Shown here: positions 1 through 13,139 of the stretch, piece by piece
How positions within the stretch are numbered: the first letter of the stretch is position 1
How the letters are laid out: each line of letters opens with the position of its first letter
Source: Hydrolagus affinis
Lineage: Eukaryota
Reading direction: 5' to 3'
Length of the DNA stretch: 64,000 nucleotides
Assembly: GCA_012026655.1 (NCBI GenBank)
Contig: JAAILG010000389.1
Span: 1 to 64,000 of the forward strand
The notes under the pieces: model-generated
What the model was told of the DNA's origin: nothing
The model's database searches: none
The model's input: only the letters and a program-made list of their open reading frames with translations
Made by a program: the position numbers and the translations under genes

Positions 1-165
1 AATTTTATTATTGTGGTTTTTTTGGAGGGATTATTATTAGGCGTGTGGAGTAAGGAAACTTGCCCAAGGTTTCGCCCTGACCTGCCTGGATTCGAACACA
101 GGTCTCCCCAGCTTGGTTTCCCCAGCTTGCAAGACAAGTGCTCTAACCACTGAGCCACAGGAGCT
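1..165 (-). mobile_element. tRNA-derived SINE, 5' half (cut by window edge)
   Basis: Reverse complement reads GTGGCTCAGTGGTTAGAGCACTTGTCTTGCAAGC...GTGTTCGAATCC...CAGGGCGAAACCTTGGGCAAGTTTCCTTACTCCACACGCC, with Pol III A/B boxes. The same head recurs many times in the window. Confidence 0.85.
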
Positions 166-204
166 CCACAACTATATAAACTAGGGCTGTATTCTCTAGA
201 GTAC

Positions 205-582
205 AGAAGAAACATATAAGATTCTTAAAGGGATGGATAAAGTAGATACTGAGGGACTGTTTCCCCTGGTAGAACAATCTATAATCAGGGGTCACAGTCT
301 TAAAATTAAGGGTCAGCCTTTTAGAACGGAGTTGAGGAAACATTTCTTCACTCAGAGGGCAGTGACTTTATGGAATTCATTACCTCAGAAGGCTGTGGAT
401 GCTCAGTCCCTGAACATTTTCAAGAATGAGATTGATAGATTTTTTAAAAATAGAGGGATTAGGGGATATGGGGTTGGGGCAGGTAATTAGGTCAGAAGAT
501 CAGCCATGATCTTATTGAATGGCGGGGCAGGCTAGAAGGGCCGAATGGCCTACTCCTGCTCCTAATTCTTATGGTCTTATGA
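205..582 (+). mobile_element. CR1 LINE, 3' end (ORF2 C-terminus and 3' UTR)
   Basis: Translation YKILKGMDKVDTEGLFPL...RGHSLK...FRTELRKHFFTQRAVTLWNSLPQKAV...FKNEIDRF is the typical CR1 ORF2 C-terminus. It is followed by the tail GGGCCGAATGGCCTACTCCTGCTCCTAATTCTTATGGTCTTATG. Confidence 0.9.
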
Positions 583-2110
583 AACAAATTGTAAGAAGCC
601 AGTGAATGCTGGTAGACCTATATCCCAGTTAGAGCCATTACCCTTCAAGAGAAGAAGGAAGAAAAGCAAAAGGTTGCCTGAAAATTGAAGATAAATAGAT
701 TGTATACATCCTGCTTTAAGACCGTGAAGCGCATAATTCACTTACCAGAGTATTGCAACAGTTTATAAATTGCATCATTAATCAAAGTGCAGATATCTTT
801 CAGATGACCAAATGAATAATTGGAAATCAGCAAGTACTGCAGCATCACAGCAAGATCTCCATTGTGCCTCTTTTGATAAATACATCAAATACAATACCAG
901 AAACTGTTTGACAAAGCATTCAGACCTGAAATAGTCCTTAGTGGGAAAGATTAGTTTGAGAAAGAGTTGAGGGGCAAAAATTGTTATCAACATACCAATT
1001 TTTGGGAAGGGAAATACAGTAACTTGGAAGTTTCTGCTAATGGTCACTTCCCAGTGACCTCTGCTGGAAAATCTAGGCAACTCCATCATCAAGTGAAAGA
1101 TTCTGATTTGGCTGGGCTGGCTGTCACAGTATGACTGAATAGGCTGACAACATTCTTATCTTGACTCACACCTGACAATTTGGCCTGGAAAGCTGCTGAT
1201 TTCCAAATGATTATACTTCAACAAGAGTTTTATACTGAAGGAAAAGAACATGAGAAAATATAAGTAACATGTTTGACAATCGTTTTAAAACGGTCTTCAT
1301 CACAATATTTCTATGTATAGATAGCATAAGGACACGGATGAATAGAGATTTTAAACGCCATTGTCTGCTGGTTCCGTGAATTTTCATTCACAACATGGTA
1401 ACAGAAATGCTGTACTGTATTTACAAAACACAATTAGTTCTTCAAACCTCCACAAACTACTTTTTTTTTAAGTTCAGGAATCCGAAATTAAATGAACAAT
1501 AGGCTACCATTTTTAAATTGTTAATTGAAGTAAAAAGAACAAGCAAAGAGTTTGCAGGGGGCAAATTGTGTTATGGAAATTTACGAGTGTGTATGTATAA
1601 GAGCGAAAAAGGAAACAACATACTCCAGTACAACACTTCTGGTAAGTGTCTAGAACGAGGACACTGCATACCTGTTCCTTTGGTAATTTGATATTGAAAT
1701 CACCTTTGTATTCTATATATTATATATAATACACATTATTTTCCTTGTAGAATATGAATTGAATTATAATCAATCAAAATTGGCAAGACTGCTGAAATTT
1801 GCCCTTCTTATATGCTTTATATTCCCACATGGACTGAGAAGCAAAGTCAAAGTTCGGGAATTGTCCATTCCGATCAGAAAACAAAATGTGCCCCAACAGA
1901 CTTGAGAGGAGATGGAGGTAAAATCTCTAGCTCCTCAGGTTGAGAGAAAGGAGTCCTGCAGAACTTTTTTTTACATAAAAAGAAAATGTACATGTCCATA
2001 GCAATATGTGACTAAGAAATAGACAGCATAAACATATCTAAGGGACAACAGAAATCTAAGAACATGGAGTGAACCTGAGTTTGTGAATTTAAAATTAAAT
2101 AAGGGGAGAT

Positions 2111-2345
2111 TACAACAAGAACAAAATTACATCTGTATGGTGCCTTTCACGTTGGGAGGATGTCACAAGGCGCTGGACAAACAGTATTCCAGACTCGAGC
2201 TGTGGGTAAGGATTGGGGAGGGTGGAGGAAATGGAGGTTGATTGAAAACACAGTCGAAGGAGGTGATGGATGGGTGAGGTGGAGAGACTATGGGATGGAG
2301 TTCCAAAGAGTGGGAGCAGAATGCTGAAGACCAGCCGGCCATTGT
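2111..2345 (-). mobile_element. L2 LINE 3' fragment
   Basis: Reverse complement matches the tail CAGCGCCTTG.GAC.TCCTCCC.ACGTGAAAGGC.C...AT..ATGTAATTTTGTT seen at 16590-16655. Confidence 0.75.
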
Positions 2346-3298
2346 TGTTGGTAAATTTATACTTTTTATAATGCTAATCTCTCTGAATGACTTCTTCAAT
2401 AGTGGAAAAGATACATATCTGTGAAAAAGTCACTTTCCACAGTTGCTCAGCTCAAGGATGATACAAGATATGGTGGAAGAAAAAGAGAAAAGTGCAGAAT
2501 ACTGTAGTTCTTAAAGTGTCCTTTGCCTTTTGGTTAGGTTTTCTTTGACAATTTTGACAACAATAAAAGATGTAGAAAAACACACAACACTTAGTTGCTA
2601 ATATCGCTTCACTTACAAAACTCAAAATTATTTTGGTCAACTATAAATTAGATCAAAATATTAAAAATGCAATAATACCCTCAAAATGTAAGCTGATTAA
2701 TCATAAAAAGGTTACCCGTAAAAGAAAAACAATGACCATACTTACTTTTGACTATACTTAGCCAAAGTGGTATTGCCAACATTAGTTGAGAACGGAGTGC
2801 AGAATATTTCTCTGGAGTGAATGGGGCAGTTGTCAACATAAAACTGCTCACTGTGAAGTAGCATTCTTCTTATTTGATGAAGATAAACAGTGGAATTACT
2901 TCCTTTTCTCTTTTAAAAATAGATACTGGGCTTTATAATTCAAATTTTTTTTTTAATTGTGAGTTGCTCTGATAGAAATCAAATATATACCAAACACTAC
3001 ACATATCAGCATGAACACCAAGTTTTAAGGATATAAAAATCTCATGTAAAACAATCTATAATTACTGAATACAGGTATTAGTATTAAATACCTAAATGTG
3101 AAAATACAGTCCATGCCACTTACTTGCACATTCAATTGTATTTTTTGTTTATCAAAACATACAGATGTTAGATCACCAGCTACCCCCTATCTCGAAAGCA
3201 CTCATTTTCTTTAATAAGATGTTTTGCTAAGTTTGTAATAAAGTTTTCTTAGTTGCAATAGTTGACTTTCATCAATTTAATGCCTTTGAGGTATTTTT

Positions 3299-3304
3299 TT
3301 TATT
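3299..3304 (-). other. Candidate polyadenylation signal (AATAAA) in YAF2 3' UTR
   Basis: Plus-strand TTTATT lies about 1.07 kb past the YAF2 stop codon in repeat-free AT-rich sequence. Usage is not shown. Confidence 0.4.
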
Positions 3305-4369
3305 GCTTGTAAAACATGGTTGTATATGAACGGACTGAAACATATTTTGAATATCAATTAAATTTCAATGCAACATTTTTGCCACATAACAGTAAATTCC
3401 ATACATAGATGTAACCTTTTAAAAAAAAGTAAGCTACATTTGCTACAACATATGGAGAACTTTATCAGAATTAAAAATGAAATGGAAAAATCAAATACTT
3501 ATTTGCATAATTTTGATTGCAACAATATACACATATATTGTCACAACTCCGAAGCAAAACACCTTAATTGAAGTCTGTAATGCTAACAGGAACTGTTCCC
3601 ACACTATTTTAGATGTCATATAATTAGTACTTTTCCCACATCTCTTATCTCCAACTATGGTGGGAGCAGTCCACTGACAAAACATACTTCAAGTACAAAG
3701 TCATGCTTGTATAAAACTTTCTTACTAATGGCATAAAGGTGGGAAACAGTCACTTTTCAACTGAACAGCCCATTGACAACATCTCAGATCTCCCACAGTT
3801 AAACAACATGGACTGTATTATCAGTTAACTCTTTCAATTTAGCCCATAACTACATATTAAAACTGTAACTTACTGAAATGAATGACGGTGGACATTTGTA
3901 AAGCCACAATTTTAATGGCTAGTGAAGTTTTCGATCCAAATAACAAGTGTTGAAAAAACATTGGCAAGAATTTATACAAATGCTATATTTGAGAATGTTT
4001 TTCCTATTTAACCACACCACGTACCAGCAGGTGTTCTTAACTAGGCAACCATTTCATAAGTTGTTTCCTTACTGCAACAGTCGAATAAAGTGGACTGAAA
4101 ATAGCACTGAATACCTGAAGCCAGCTGCTTCATAATTCAGTTCTCAACACATATATTCAGGCAGTCTGATCTAAGATGTAGAAAATTACACTCGAAACAT
4201 GCCGCAGTGCAGAGTTCCAGATTTGTATGCGAATATTAGAAAGCACTGAACTGAAATTGAAGATGCAACCTGGCTTTCCAGTGTAACACTGACCGTTCAG
4301 AACTAGGTTGTGAGAAGCTGTCTGTTGAAATGTTTACAGAAGTGAATAAGGAAGTGGGTAACCAACACT

Positions 4370-4613
4370 TTAGTGTGATTCGCCATTAACTGATCCCTCT
4401 CCCCTGGGCGATGATGACCTGGACAAGCCTTTCTCTGTATTGTCAGAGCTGGAACTGCTCAGGCTGTGCTGATCGGCAGTGGTACTTGATGTCGCTGTGG
4501 CAGCAGGCGATGACCTGGTTTTCTCCTTAAAGTCTGTAATAATGACTGTCAGATCTCCTACAGTCACTTCCAAATGCTGCGCACTGCTTCGATCTATGTT
4601 TTTTAACCTTGGC
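4370..4613 (-). CDS. YAF2: YAF2 (YY1-associated factor 2), last coding exon
   Basis: Acceptor tttttag|G, phase 2. Translates (R)[80 protein letters not shown]. This is the YAF2/RYBP RING1B-binding motif plus a YAF2-type C-terminus ending NGESH. Confidence 0.95.
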
Positions 4614-5435
4614 CTAAAAAAAAGGAGACAAGAGGGGGAAAAAAACTAATTTGTGTGCACTTGAATAACCCGGCCATGCAAATGATTCCATAAATACAGG
4701 TGACACAGCAGGAATACGTAGATAGTGTAAGTCAGATAAATGAACTATGAATAATTTCTTGAGAAACAGCTTGATTAATGTAAGGAGAAGACAGATGGGT
4801 AGGTATTCAGGCTGGAATCAAATTGACTGAAGGGTCTCATTGATCCACATCCCTTGTGATATTTTGAAGTCATTAATTGTTTAATTTTCTATTCGGGTGG
4901 GGGATCTTTCCAAATCTTTCCATTTCATCCACAGCCAAGAGTTCAGAGTAAAGCAGATCTGGCTGAAAGTGTTTTATGATTCCTTGAGTGGATTCACAAT
5001 GGGCAGGTGAAGTCCACGATCAAATTTCAGCTGTATTGAACTCTGACTAACCATCAGGTATCGTATATCTGAAGCAGACTAGGTTGGAAAAGGAATCTCA
5101 TCGCTATGGCACAACACATTTGAAGTAGGGTCAATTAGTTTTCTCCCCTATGAATGAAACAGAGTAGTTCTACGAGGCAGGAGGCAACAATTCAAATTAC
5201 AAGTGTTGTCTTAAGAAATAGGTAAAGCAGCTCAGCAACAGCTATTTTGTGCTTGGTGCACAACTTTGGGTCTTTCAATACATTTCAAAGAATGTATGTA
5301 TAAGCTATAGAGCAGATCAAAGTCATTAACTGGCCCCTTTAAAACTGGATTGCGCATATAAAAACTGTTCTAGTCTGATCGATGCATTCAATTCATATTT
5401 GTTTTTGATATGCAAGATTAAGGTCAAAATATTAC

Positions 5436-5588
5436 CTTGTTTTCTTGTGACTGTTCTTTTTACTAACAGATTCTTTCTCATTTCTTTCCTTTTCTCCCTT
5501 GTCTCTCTTTTCCTTCTTTGGTTGTGTGGGTGATGCAAATTGTTGTGTTACTTGCTGTGCCACCAACTGAGACACCGGGCGTGGCTTC
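5436..5588 (-). CDS. YAF2: YAF2, penultimate coding exon (153 nt)
   Basis: ttttcctcatag|G...ACAAG|gtaat, phase 2 to 2. Translates KPRPVSQLVAQQVTQQFASPTQPKKEKRDKGEKERNEKESVSKKNSHKKT(R) and joins the next exon in frame. Confidence 0.95.
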
Positions 5589-6512
5589 CTATGAGGAAAA
5601 GGCAGAACAGTGATGTTTTACCATGCATTTCAGAAAAGGGGAAATATATTACTTTAATGCATAATAACTCTCTGCTGAAGATGTGTTCTACAATTGTTTT
5701 TTTTAAACCGAAAACAGATTGGAAACACTTTTTCTGAAAACAAGGCTACAGATGTCCAGCTCATGCATGATTTCGGAGTGCCGACTTAGGATCATAGAAA
5801 TTACAACACAGGAAGGGGCAATTTGGCTCACTGACTTTCTAAACTGGTGCCAATTCATCCATCGGAGCAAAGGATTTTAATTCCAATTCTCCGTTCTTTT
5901 AAACTAATCATAAGACAATTTAAACAATAACCCAGTTGCCATCCAGTTAAAATTAGTAGCGCTTTCTGCAAGAGGGATTAATTTGGAACATCTTTGGTAA
6001 CAAATTAAACATTTAATTTTGCAGCTTTTCCAACAGCAAGGAAGATTTTTTAAAAAACAATTAAAATTATTTTTGTGGTATCAACTGTGAAAAGCAGAAA
6101 TATGTACAACGTGATACACTCCAGATGTGGAAGTCTTTTCCAGATTCTCAGCATGTTTCAGTTTTGCACAAAAGCATTTTGAAAGCAATTGCTTCACAAT
6201 ATTGTACTTGAGTAAGAGACCAAACCAAAGGATTGTCCAATAATGTTTCAATGTATAGCATGGAGCTTGTGAAAGCATATAGACTAACATTCTATGTACA
6301 ATTTCAACACTTCATTTTAATCCAACCAAGCACCAAAAAAGTATCGTTACTTTTTCTTTCGTTCACCCCAAATTAATTTTCTCACCATTTGAGAATACCT
6401 TTGCGATTTTTATTTCAACAGCACCCCAGTCTCTAAGGAAGCTGATATGTAGAATAACTGAATGGAACTTCCTGTGAATGTTCACAAGATGTGAGTTGAT
6501 TCATTTAATTCA

Positions 6513-6896
6513 GAGTCCTTTAGCATATTGGTTAGAACATTCCCCTCGCAAGCGAGAGGATCTGGGTTCAATTCCAAGCAGGGCGAAACACAAGGCAACT
6601 TCCCTTACTCCACACCCCTCTGTTTACCTAGCAGTAAGTAGGAACCTGGTTGATAGTGGATCGATGGATCACTTTTCTCTGGGTCATAATCCCTTCCAAA
6701 CATTTTTTTGTAAATAATAATTTGGTCACTCAATCCACAAATGTTTGTGGGACACTGCTGTGTGCAGTTGGCTTCCACATTTTGCCCACAAAATATACAA
6801 CCAATTCACTTTACAGCTTATTTTGTGTAGGGTTGTGAGACATCTTGAAGAAATCATAAGGCGGTAGCTGTATCGAATGCAAGTATTATTATTCTT
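6513..6896 (+). mobile_element. tRNA-derived SINE, near full length
   Basis: tRNA-like head (GGTTAGAACATTCCCCTCGCAAGCGAGAGGATCTGGGTTCAATTCC), core GTGGGACACTGCTGTGTGCAGTTGGC, and an L2-like tail ending in (TTA)n. Confidence 0.9.
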
Positions 6897-7214
6897 ATAT
6901 GACTTATAAAATTTACTCCAATCTAAAAAGACCCACAAAAATTGCACATTGTATGCTTGCATCAGGGAAAAAGGATCATTTCATTTGATCAGCATTGTAT
7001 TTTCTATGTCTCACAGATGATCAGTTCACATTTATGCCTCTTTTAAATTAGGAGTTTGTTTCTCCCTGAGGCAACAACCAAAAACTCTGTTCTGTTTTCT
7101 TAGTTCCCTCAGTACAGAGTGAAAGGAAAGCCAATGCTTTTTTTTCTTGATCCTCTCAACAAATTCATGTCTGCAAACAAATTCATGAACATCTTGAAAA
7201 ACATCATGAAAAAC

Positions 7215-7241
7215 ATTGTGAAAGACGCTATATAAATGTAA

Positions 7242-7273
<32 letters not shown>
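7215..7273 (+). repeat. L2-type tail followed by (GATT)n microsatellite
   Basis: GTGAAAGACGCTATATAAATGTAA followed by about 7 GATT units. Confidence 0.75.
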
Positions 7274-8539
7274 CTCACAAGTAAAGGCAATGTTGATGCA
7301 TATGCAAACCAGCATTCTAATTTGTTGGAATTATATTCAATGTTCAAGCGGCCCAAGTTATAGCCCAATGCACTAAAACTATACACTGCACTGCAACACA
7401 CTTCTTTATCACTTTGTGTTAGTCCACGAGGACAAGAGATTTGCAATGCAGGCCAAACTAGGCAATCCTGGAAAACTCAAAACAACAACTTGCATTTATA
7501 TAGCATCCTCCACATCGGGCAGCGTCTCAGAGTGCATAGATCCACATGGCCGAATTGGTGTTGGCATTACAAACAATAACAGCTGCTATTTATATAGCAC
7601 CAATGATATTTTGACAGGGTTTGACGCTGGAGTGACTATAGGTACGGTTGAAGGGATAGGTTTCAATATGGGATTTAAAGATAGACAGGAGGCAAAGTGG
7701 AAGGATGGAAGAAGGCAGGAGTCAGGGGGATAGAGGCATGCAAAGTACAAATACACAATTGAGATTACATATAAAAAGAACATGGGAAGGTGTTACTAGC
7801 TGAACTCTAATGCTCTCTCTGTAACTAAAATAACAGCTTTTCTCCATGTCCCTGGTATCAGCATCTACACTTAACATAAGCATCTCATATGTGCATCAAA
7901 CTCTGAAAATTATACCAGTACACCTACTTCCAGTCAACTGAGCGAAAGAACACACTGAAATACGATTTAAGATAAAGAGATTTGCAACATTGCTCCTGGA
8001 CTAAACTAATTGATTACCTTAAATATCCCCCCACAATTTGAAATTCCGCTAGATACAAGCATTGAAGTGCCTTCTTAAGACAATAAACAATTGGTAATGT
8101 TTGATATCTTGCCAGTGAGTGACTGTCATTACCTTCACAGATTTGTAATTGCATATGCAATTTTTTTGTAGGAATTCTGTACATCTCAGATCCAGTACGA
8201 TAACTGCAATTAACAATACATACCAGCAGGTGGAACTGCTGAGAACAGCATCATCAGTAGTCAAGCATTTAAAACTGCGTTATTATCTTGAAGTACCCTC
8301 CGTCCACTTGGATGAGTTTGCAGTCATCTGCCATTCTGCAGAGATCATGAGTATATATCTGATCCATGTGCAACTAGTATTCCAATCACCAACCATGGGG
8401 AAAAATTAACATTAAAACATCACCAAGGAACAGTTCATTCACATTGAGATCAATCTATGCAGATATAGTACAATCTCTTTGCTCTCAGTCTTGAACCTTC
8501 TGTGGGTCTAGACAATTCCAAGCTCCCTGATCTAGGCTG

Positions 8540-8892
8540 CAAATTGAGCTATTTGTTCCTCCCTTCCTCTGTGACCCCCCGAACTCCTGATCAATGCTCA
8601 AAGCCCTACGGCACTGCTTCACATCCCCCGACTCGCCCAACACAACCATTGGCAGGCAGGCCTTCAGCCTTTCTGCCCCAACATATAGTACTCCATCCCA
8701 CAGTCCGTCCACCTTGCTCCCTCTCTTGCCTCCTTCAAGAACCATCTCAAAACCCTCCTCTTCAATGTGTCTTTGGTCACCCTCATACTCTCCCTGCTCC
8801 CAGATCCCCTGATCGGGTCCAAATCCTTGACTGTTCCACGTCTTGAGACGTCCTCCCGTTATGATAGACGCTATACAAATGTAATTTTGTAT
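8540..8892 (+). mobile_element. L2 LINE 3' fragment (degenerate)
   Basis: Remnant TIGRQAFSLSAP motif and tail GAGACGTCCTCCCGTTATGATAGACGCTATACAAATGTAATTTTG. Confidence 0.75.
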
Positions 8893-9719
8893 TACATTCC
8901 TAGTCTATTAATTTCCCTTGTAACGAGACACTAGAAATACAAAATCATCTTTATTAATACTTCTGGTCCATCTTCCCTTGTTCTACTCTATCATATTTCT
9001 TCCTTACCCTCTCTGCATCATACAGACAACCACCGAACCTTTCATTGCAGACCCCGCCAGTCCCTGAGAGTTCCTACTATTTCTGCTGAAGTGCTTTAAG
9101 TTTTGGAGAATGTAAAGCAGTCAATCGGCTATGAAAATTCTACACCACCAGAAAACAAAAACCCTGACCTTCAAACCTACCAATGTGTAACAATCCAGAA
9201 TCAAGTTAGCAGTGTCCTTAACTCAAATAAAATTGTTTGATGATTGAAGCACACCATACACAGTTTTTGAATATGCTATCATTACTGGCACTTTGAAAAA
9301 GTAAATTAGCTGCACAACTCTTAGTCATATCTGCAGTCGTCTGTGTGCCACAATTGATCACTGAAACATTAGGTGAAGTTCCATGCTCAGTCACACTCAA
9401 ACGACATACAGGACTAAGACACCAAAATTTAAAAATAATCTAAATGTTCAGCCCATTGCACGTGTTTTTGTCATAACATGGTATCATGACATAATTTTTA
9501 TCCTATCGTCTAAACTATTTTTCATGTTCCTGAATAGTCAGACCTGCTTTGGCTACACTCCACCTCTATGGCACACATGCATTATGCTAAATTGGAGTAT
9601 AATTGAGGCCGACTACATCTCCATCCATCTATCTCCCTTTCAAGTCCCCACTTGAGTCTGATTTGAGAGTATTCCACATTGTCACATACCTCCCATCTCA
9701 CTCATAACCATGACTGTGA

Positions 9720-10240
9720 CAACAATTTATATTTATATAGTGCCTTTCATAATAACACTTGCATTTGTTACTGTGTCTTATCGCGTCTTCAAAACTTTCC
9801 CTCGCTCTGAACTGTAAAGTGAATCGACTGTATATTTTTCGGGCCAAAATATCAGAAGGATATCAAAAAGTACTTTCCACAAGTGACTGGAGCTTGTGGG
9901 GTGGAGGGGAATCTGAGGAAGGGTGAGGAAAGGTAGCTAAAAGCACAAAGAGATATATGCCCCAATGAAGATTTTGAAAACTGTGAGGAAGGGGGCTAGA
10001 TAGAGGGAAGTTTGGAGTTTCAGAAGGTGGGGTTCAGGAGGTAGGTTGGTATAAGTCCATGGAGACGTATGGAAATGAGGACAAGAACCCATGGGGGATG
10101 GGAAGCCAACGGAGCAGAACGACAATATGAGAGATAGGCTCGTAGAACCTATTGCAGGAGAGGACATGGCTGCAGAGTTCTGGATGGTCCGCAGCTTGAG
10201 TGGGGAGGAGTTTACAGAATGACGTTGGAGGAAAATCAAG
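9720..10240 (-). mobile_element. SINE/L2 tails plus degenerate L2 ORF2 fragment
   Basis: Minus-strand remnants KLRTIQNSAA and LRWLPIP are L2 ORF2 C-terminal motifs. Tail motifs lie at 9720-9840. Confidence 0.65.
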
Positions 10241-12935
10241 ACAAAGACATTCACCGTCTCTTAAATCTGTTTTTTCATAAATCAATGGAAAAGTAGTCAT
10301 ATAATTATCGAGTACAATGATAAAACCACCATTAAAACAATTTCTGCACAAAAGATGTATAGTGTTGAATGAGCACTGTACAGCTTTAGAATCACAGTGT
10401 GCACTAATTACAACTTACTCAGTTCACTAATTACAGCCTATTCAAAAGATAGCTCGCTCAGCTTTTCTGTAGAAGAGGAAGAGATCATTTGATTCTTGTA
10501 CAAAAAAAGACCTGAATTAAGATGCTTTTACAGGGTTATTTCGGGGTCGCAAGATGCAGTTGTACGTTCCTCCTGTGATGGCTGCAATCCCTAAATTTGG
10601 TTTATGTGATCCTGTTGAAAAGAAGACTCCACAATTCTGAAAGCTACTTTTTTTTATCATTAAAAAAATGTAATTGTAGAAGATTTAAACATATAGTTTT
10701 TTTTAAAAGTTATTTCAACCGAGATTGCAAATTTATTTGCTTTTAGAAGAAACCCAGGAGATCACAAAATAATTGCTTGTTATCAACAAATACATTTGTC
10801 ATCTGATACAAGTTTGCAGCAGCAGAAGCCAAATGAATAGACAATATTATTTGTCCCAACATTGACCAAACAACAACACTGAGAAACTATCAAAAATAAT
10901 TCGACTTGCAACCCGATTTAAAAAAAAATGCTCATCTCCATTTCTCTGGAAAAGTGACCAAGATATTCATACTCAAAGGATTTACAATAATATTCTTCTC
11001 GTCTCTAAGATACTGCTTTCGGGGATGGGAGTGATGGTGAAATCAGACTCAAGAATCTTATGCTTTTTTCCCCACAGACCTTAAGAGTTTCCATTATATT
11101 CAATGGAAAGAACAATCGTGTGTCGTGTCAGTGCATGAGTCGCAATCAAACTGTCAGTCAGAGGCATCTCCAACCTCAATCTTTTCTCACAGAGGAATCA
11201 TGAAAGTAGGCAAGAAGCCTGAAGGAACAAACTGGTTCTTTTTTTAAAAAAAATCTCAGTTAAAAAAAGTTACAATGACCTCAATAATTGCTACTCTTTC
11301 AAGGTGTGCAATTTTCATTTCAGGAGTTCTTATCATAAGCATATTTGTAAGATGCAATAAAATAATCTGCACTGTCCCAGTCTGAAATCTTGCAAGTAAA
11401 CTATCTACCGTTTGATTGATTACTAAATCGTCCTCCTTTATCAATCCAATGATCCGTTTAATCTGATTAAATTGCCCCTCGCATTCAGTTTTATATTCTT
11501 AAAACCAATCTTGATCTGAACCGTATCCAACTGGTTGGCCTTTGGCACACAAAACTTCCTGTTGGAGAACAATAACAAGGAAAGCTGACACTGCTCTGCA
11601 TCGACACCATAAGCCTCAAAGGATGATATCCAACCATTCTTTTAATTTACACCTACCATCTTGATTTCAGGGAAATCTATTCAACTGCAAATCATTCTAT
11701 ATTTGCCAACAAGTCTGTCAAGATCCATCAGTCACATTAGTTACATCCGGTAAGCAGAAAAATCCTTCTCTCCCTCCATTCAGAATCTAATGTGACAAAT
11801 TGTAATTAAAATATATCACACTAGGAAATAGGGCATCCAAAGCACACTAATGATCTGCAGTCAACATTTTAAATCTGCATCATTTACGAATGGCAGTCTA
11901 ATTTCATGCAATATGGTGAACTTAAGCAACAAGAAATTCTATATTGAAGTGCAGAAATTTAATACTAAAGATATACAAGTCGACAATGTATATAATATTT
12001 TAATATGTAAAATCAACTCTGGAAGAAAGCTCACCACTATTCTACTCAGTATAACAACTCTTCTGAACTCCAGGCCTTTTTTCCCTCCAAACTCTTTGTA
12101 TATTGCATGGCACAGCATTTGGGTGGGAAATGGATAACTCATGCAGAATTGTAATTAAAAAGAGCCACAGTTTTTCACCATAAATCCTAATCCGAAGTCC
12201 CCCCCTCACACTCCCTCATTGAAACAGATTCTGTGAACAGCACTGAAAAACCAACTGAGGATTGACAAACAATGTTAAAACTAGCCATTTAAAACTTGGT
12301 CCTGAGAAAAGATACTGAACAAACATATGAAGCAAGTTCTAAGGTGAAAGTTTATCCCTGAACTTCAGAGGATGCATGAACCAAGAGTGCACAAGTTCTG
12401 GATTCTAAATATCCAGTCCCCAAGATAAAATTACTTTCACTTCTTCACAGATATATATCTTTTCATCATAGAGCCCAGGTAGTCTTCGCATCCAACTCTT
12501 GTGATTGATACAAGGATATTAAGTCTGTTTTTGCAGCTGCTGTACAGAAAGATAAGAGTCATTTCAATTATGCACCACAGCCGTGAATGTACCACGATTA
12601 CTATAAAGCACACAGACGTGGCAGCTTTATAGTTGTGGTGAGGTCAGAGATGTTGCGCTTCTTGTGATCTTATTGCAAGGTACAGTACGATAAATTTAGC
12701 TTCATGATGAAGAGGGACACCATATCTGGAAAAACAAGAAAGCCATTGATTGAATTAGATACAAGTGAATTGCATTAAAAGCTTTAGGGGTACTCAAGGT
12801 ATGATAAGCATTTAGAAAATGGAATCAGACAAATGGACCATAATAGTCTTCTGATCCTGCAAAAACTGATGTTCCAAATTTGCCAGAATAATGTCACCTC
12901 CAACTTGAAATCAAAAATTGCACCAGAAATATATA

Positions 12936-13139
12936 CAGTAAAAGCCCATTTATCCGGCACCCGATCAACCGTAACTTCCATATAACCGGCATCGCAAAAA
13001 AAAAGGTCCACATTCGATTAACTGGAACTTATCCGGAAAAATGCATTGATTTTTTTTTCGTTTTCGGCCAAATATCCGGCAGACGCTTTAAACGGCATTG
13101 GCCAGGTCCTGAGGGTGCCGGATAAATGGGCTTTTACTG
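12936..13139. mobile_element. Tc1/mariner-pogo (Tigger-like) MITE, family A
   Basis: Perfect 27-bp TIR CAGTAAAAGCCCATTTATCCGGCACCC, flanked by TA on both sides (12934-12935, 13140-13141). 204 bp, no ORF. Confidence 0.92.

Noticed and set aside
4370-5588. Assignment to RYBP or a processed pseudogene
   Set aside because: [17 protein letters not shown] and the NGESH end are YAF2-type. The intron and reading frame are intact.
6513-6600. tRNA genes at SINE heads (also 43270-43335, 49704-49744)
   Set aside because: They have A/B boxes but no acceptor stem or cloverleaf, and they continue into the SINE body.
10500-10615. Possible YAF2 alternative exon
   Set aside because: The acceptor is plausible, but the phase-2 frame stops after two codons, no strong donor follows, and there is no similarity to YAF2.
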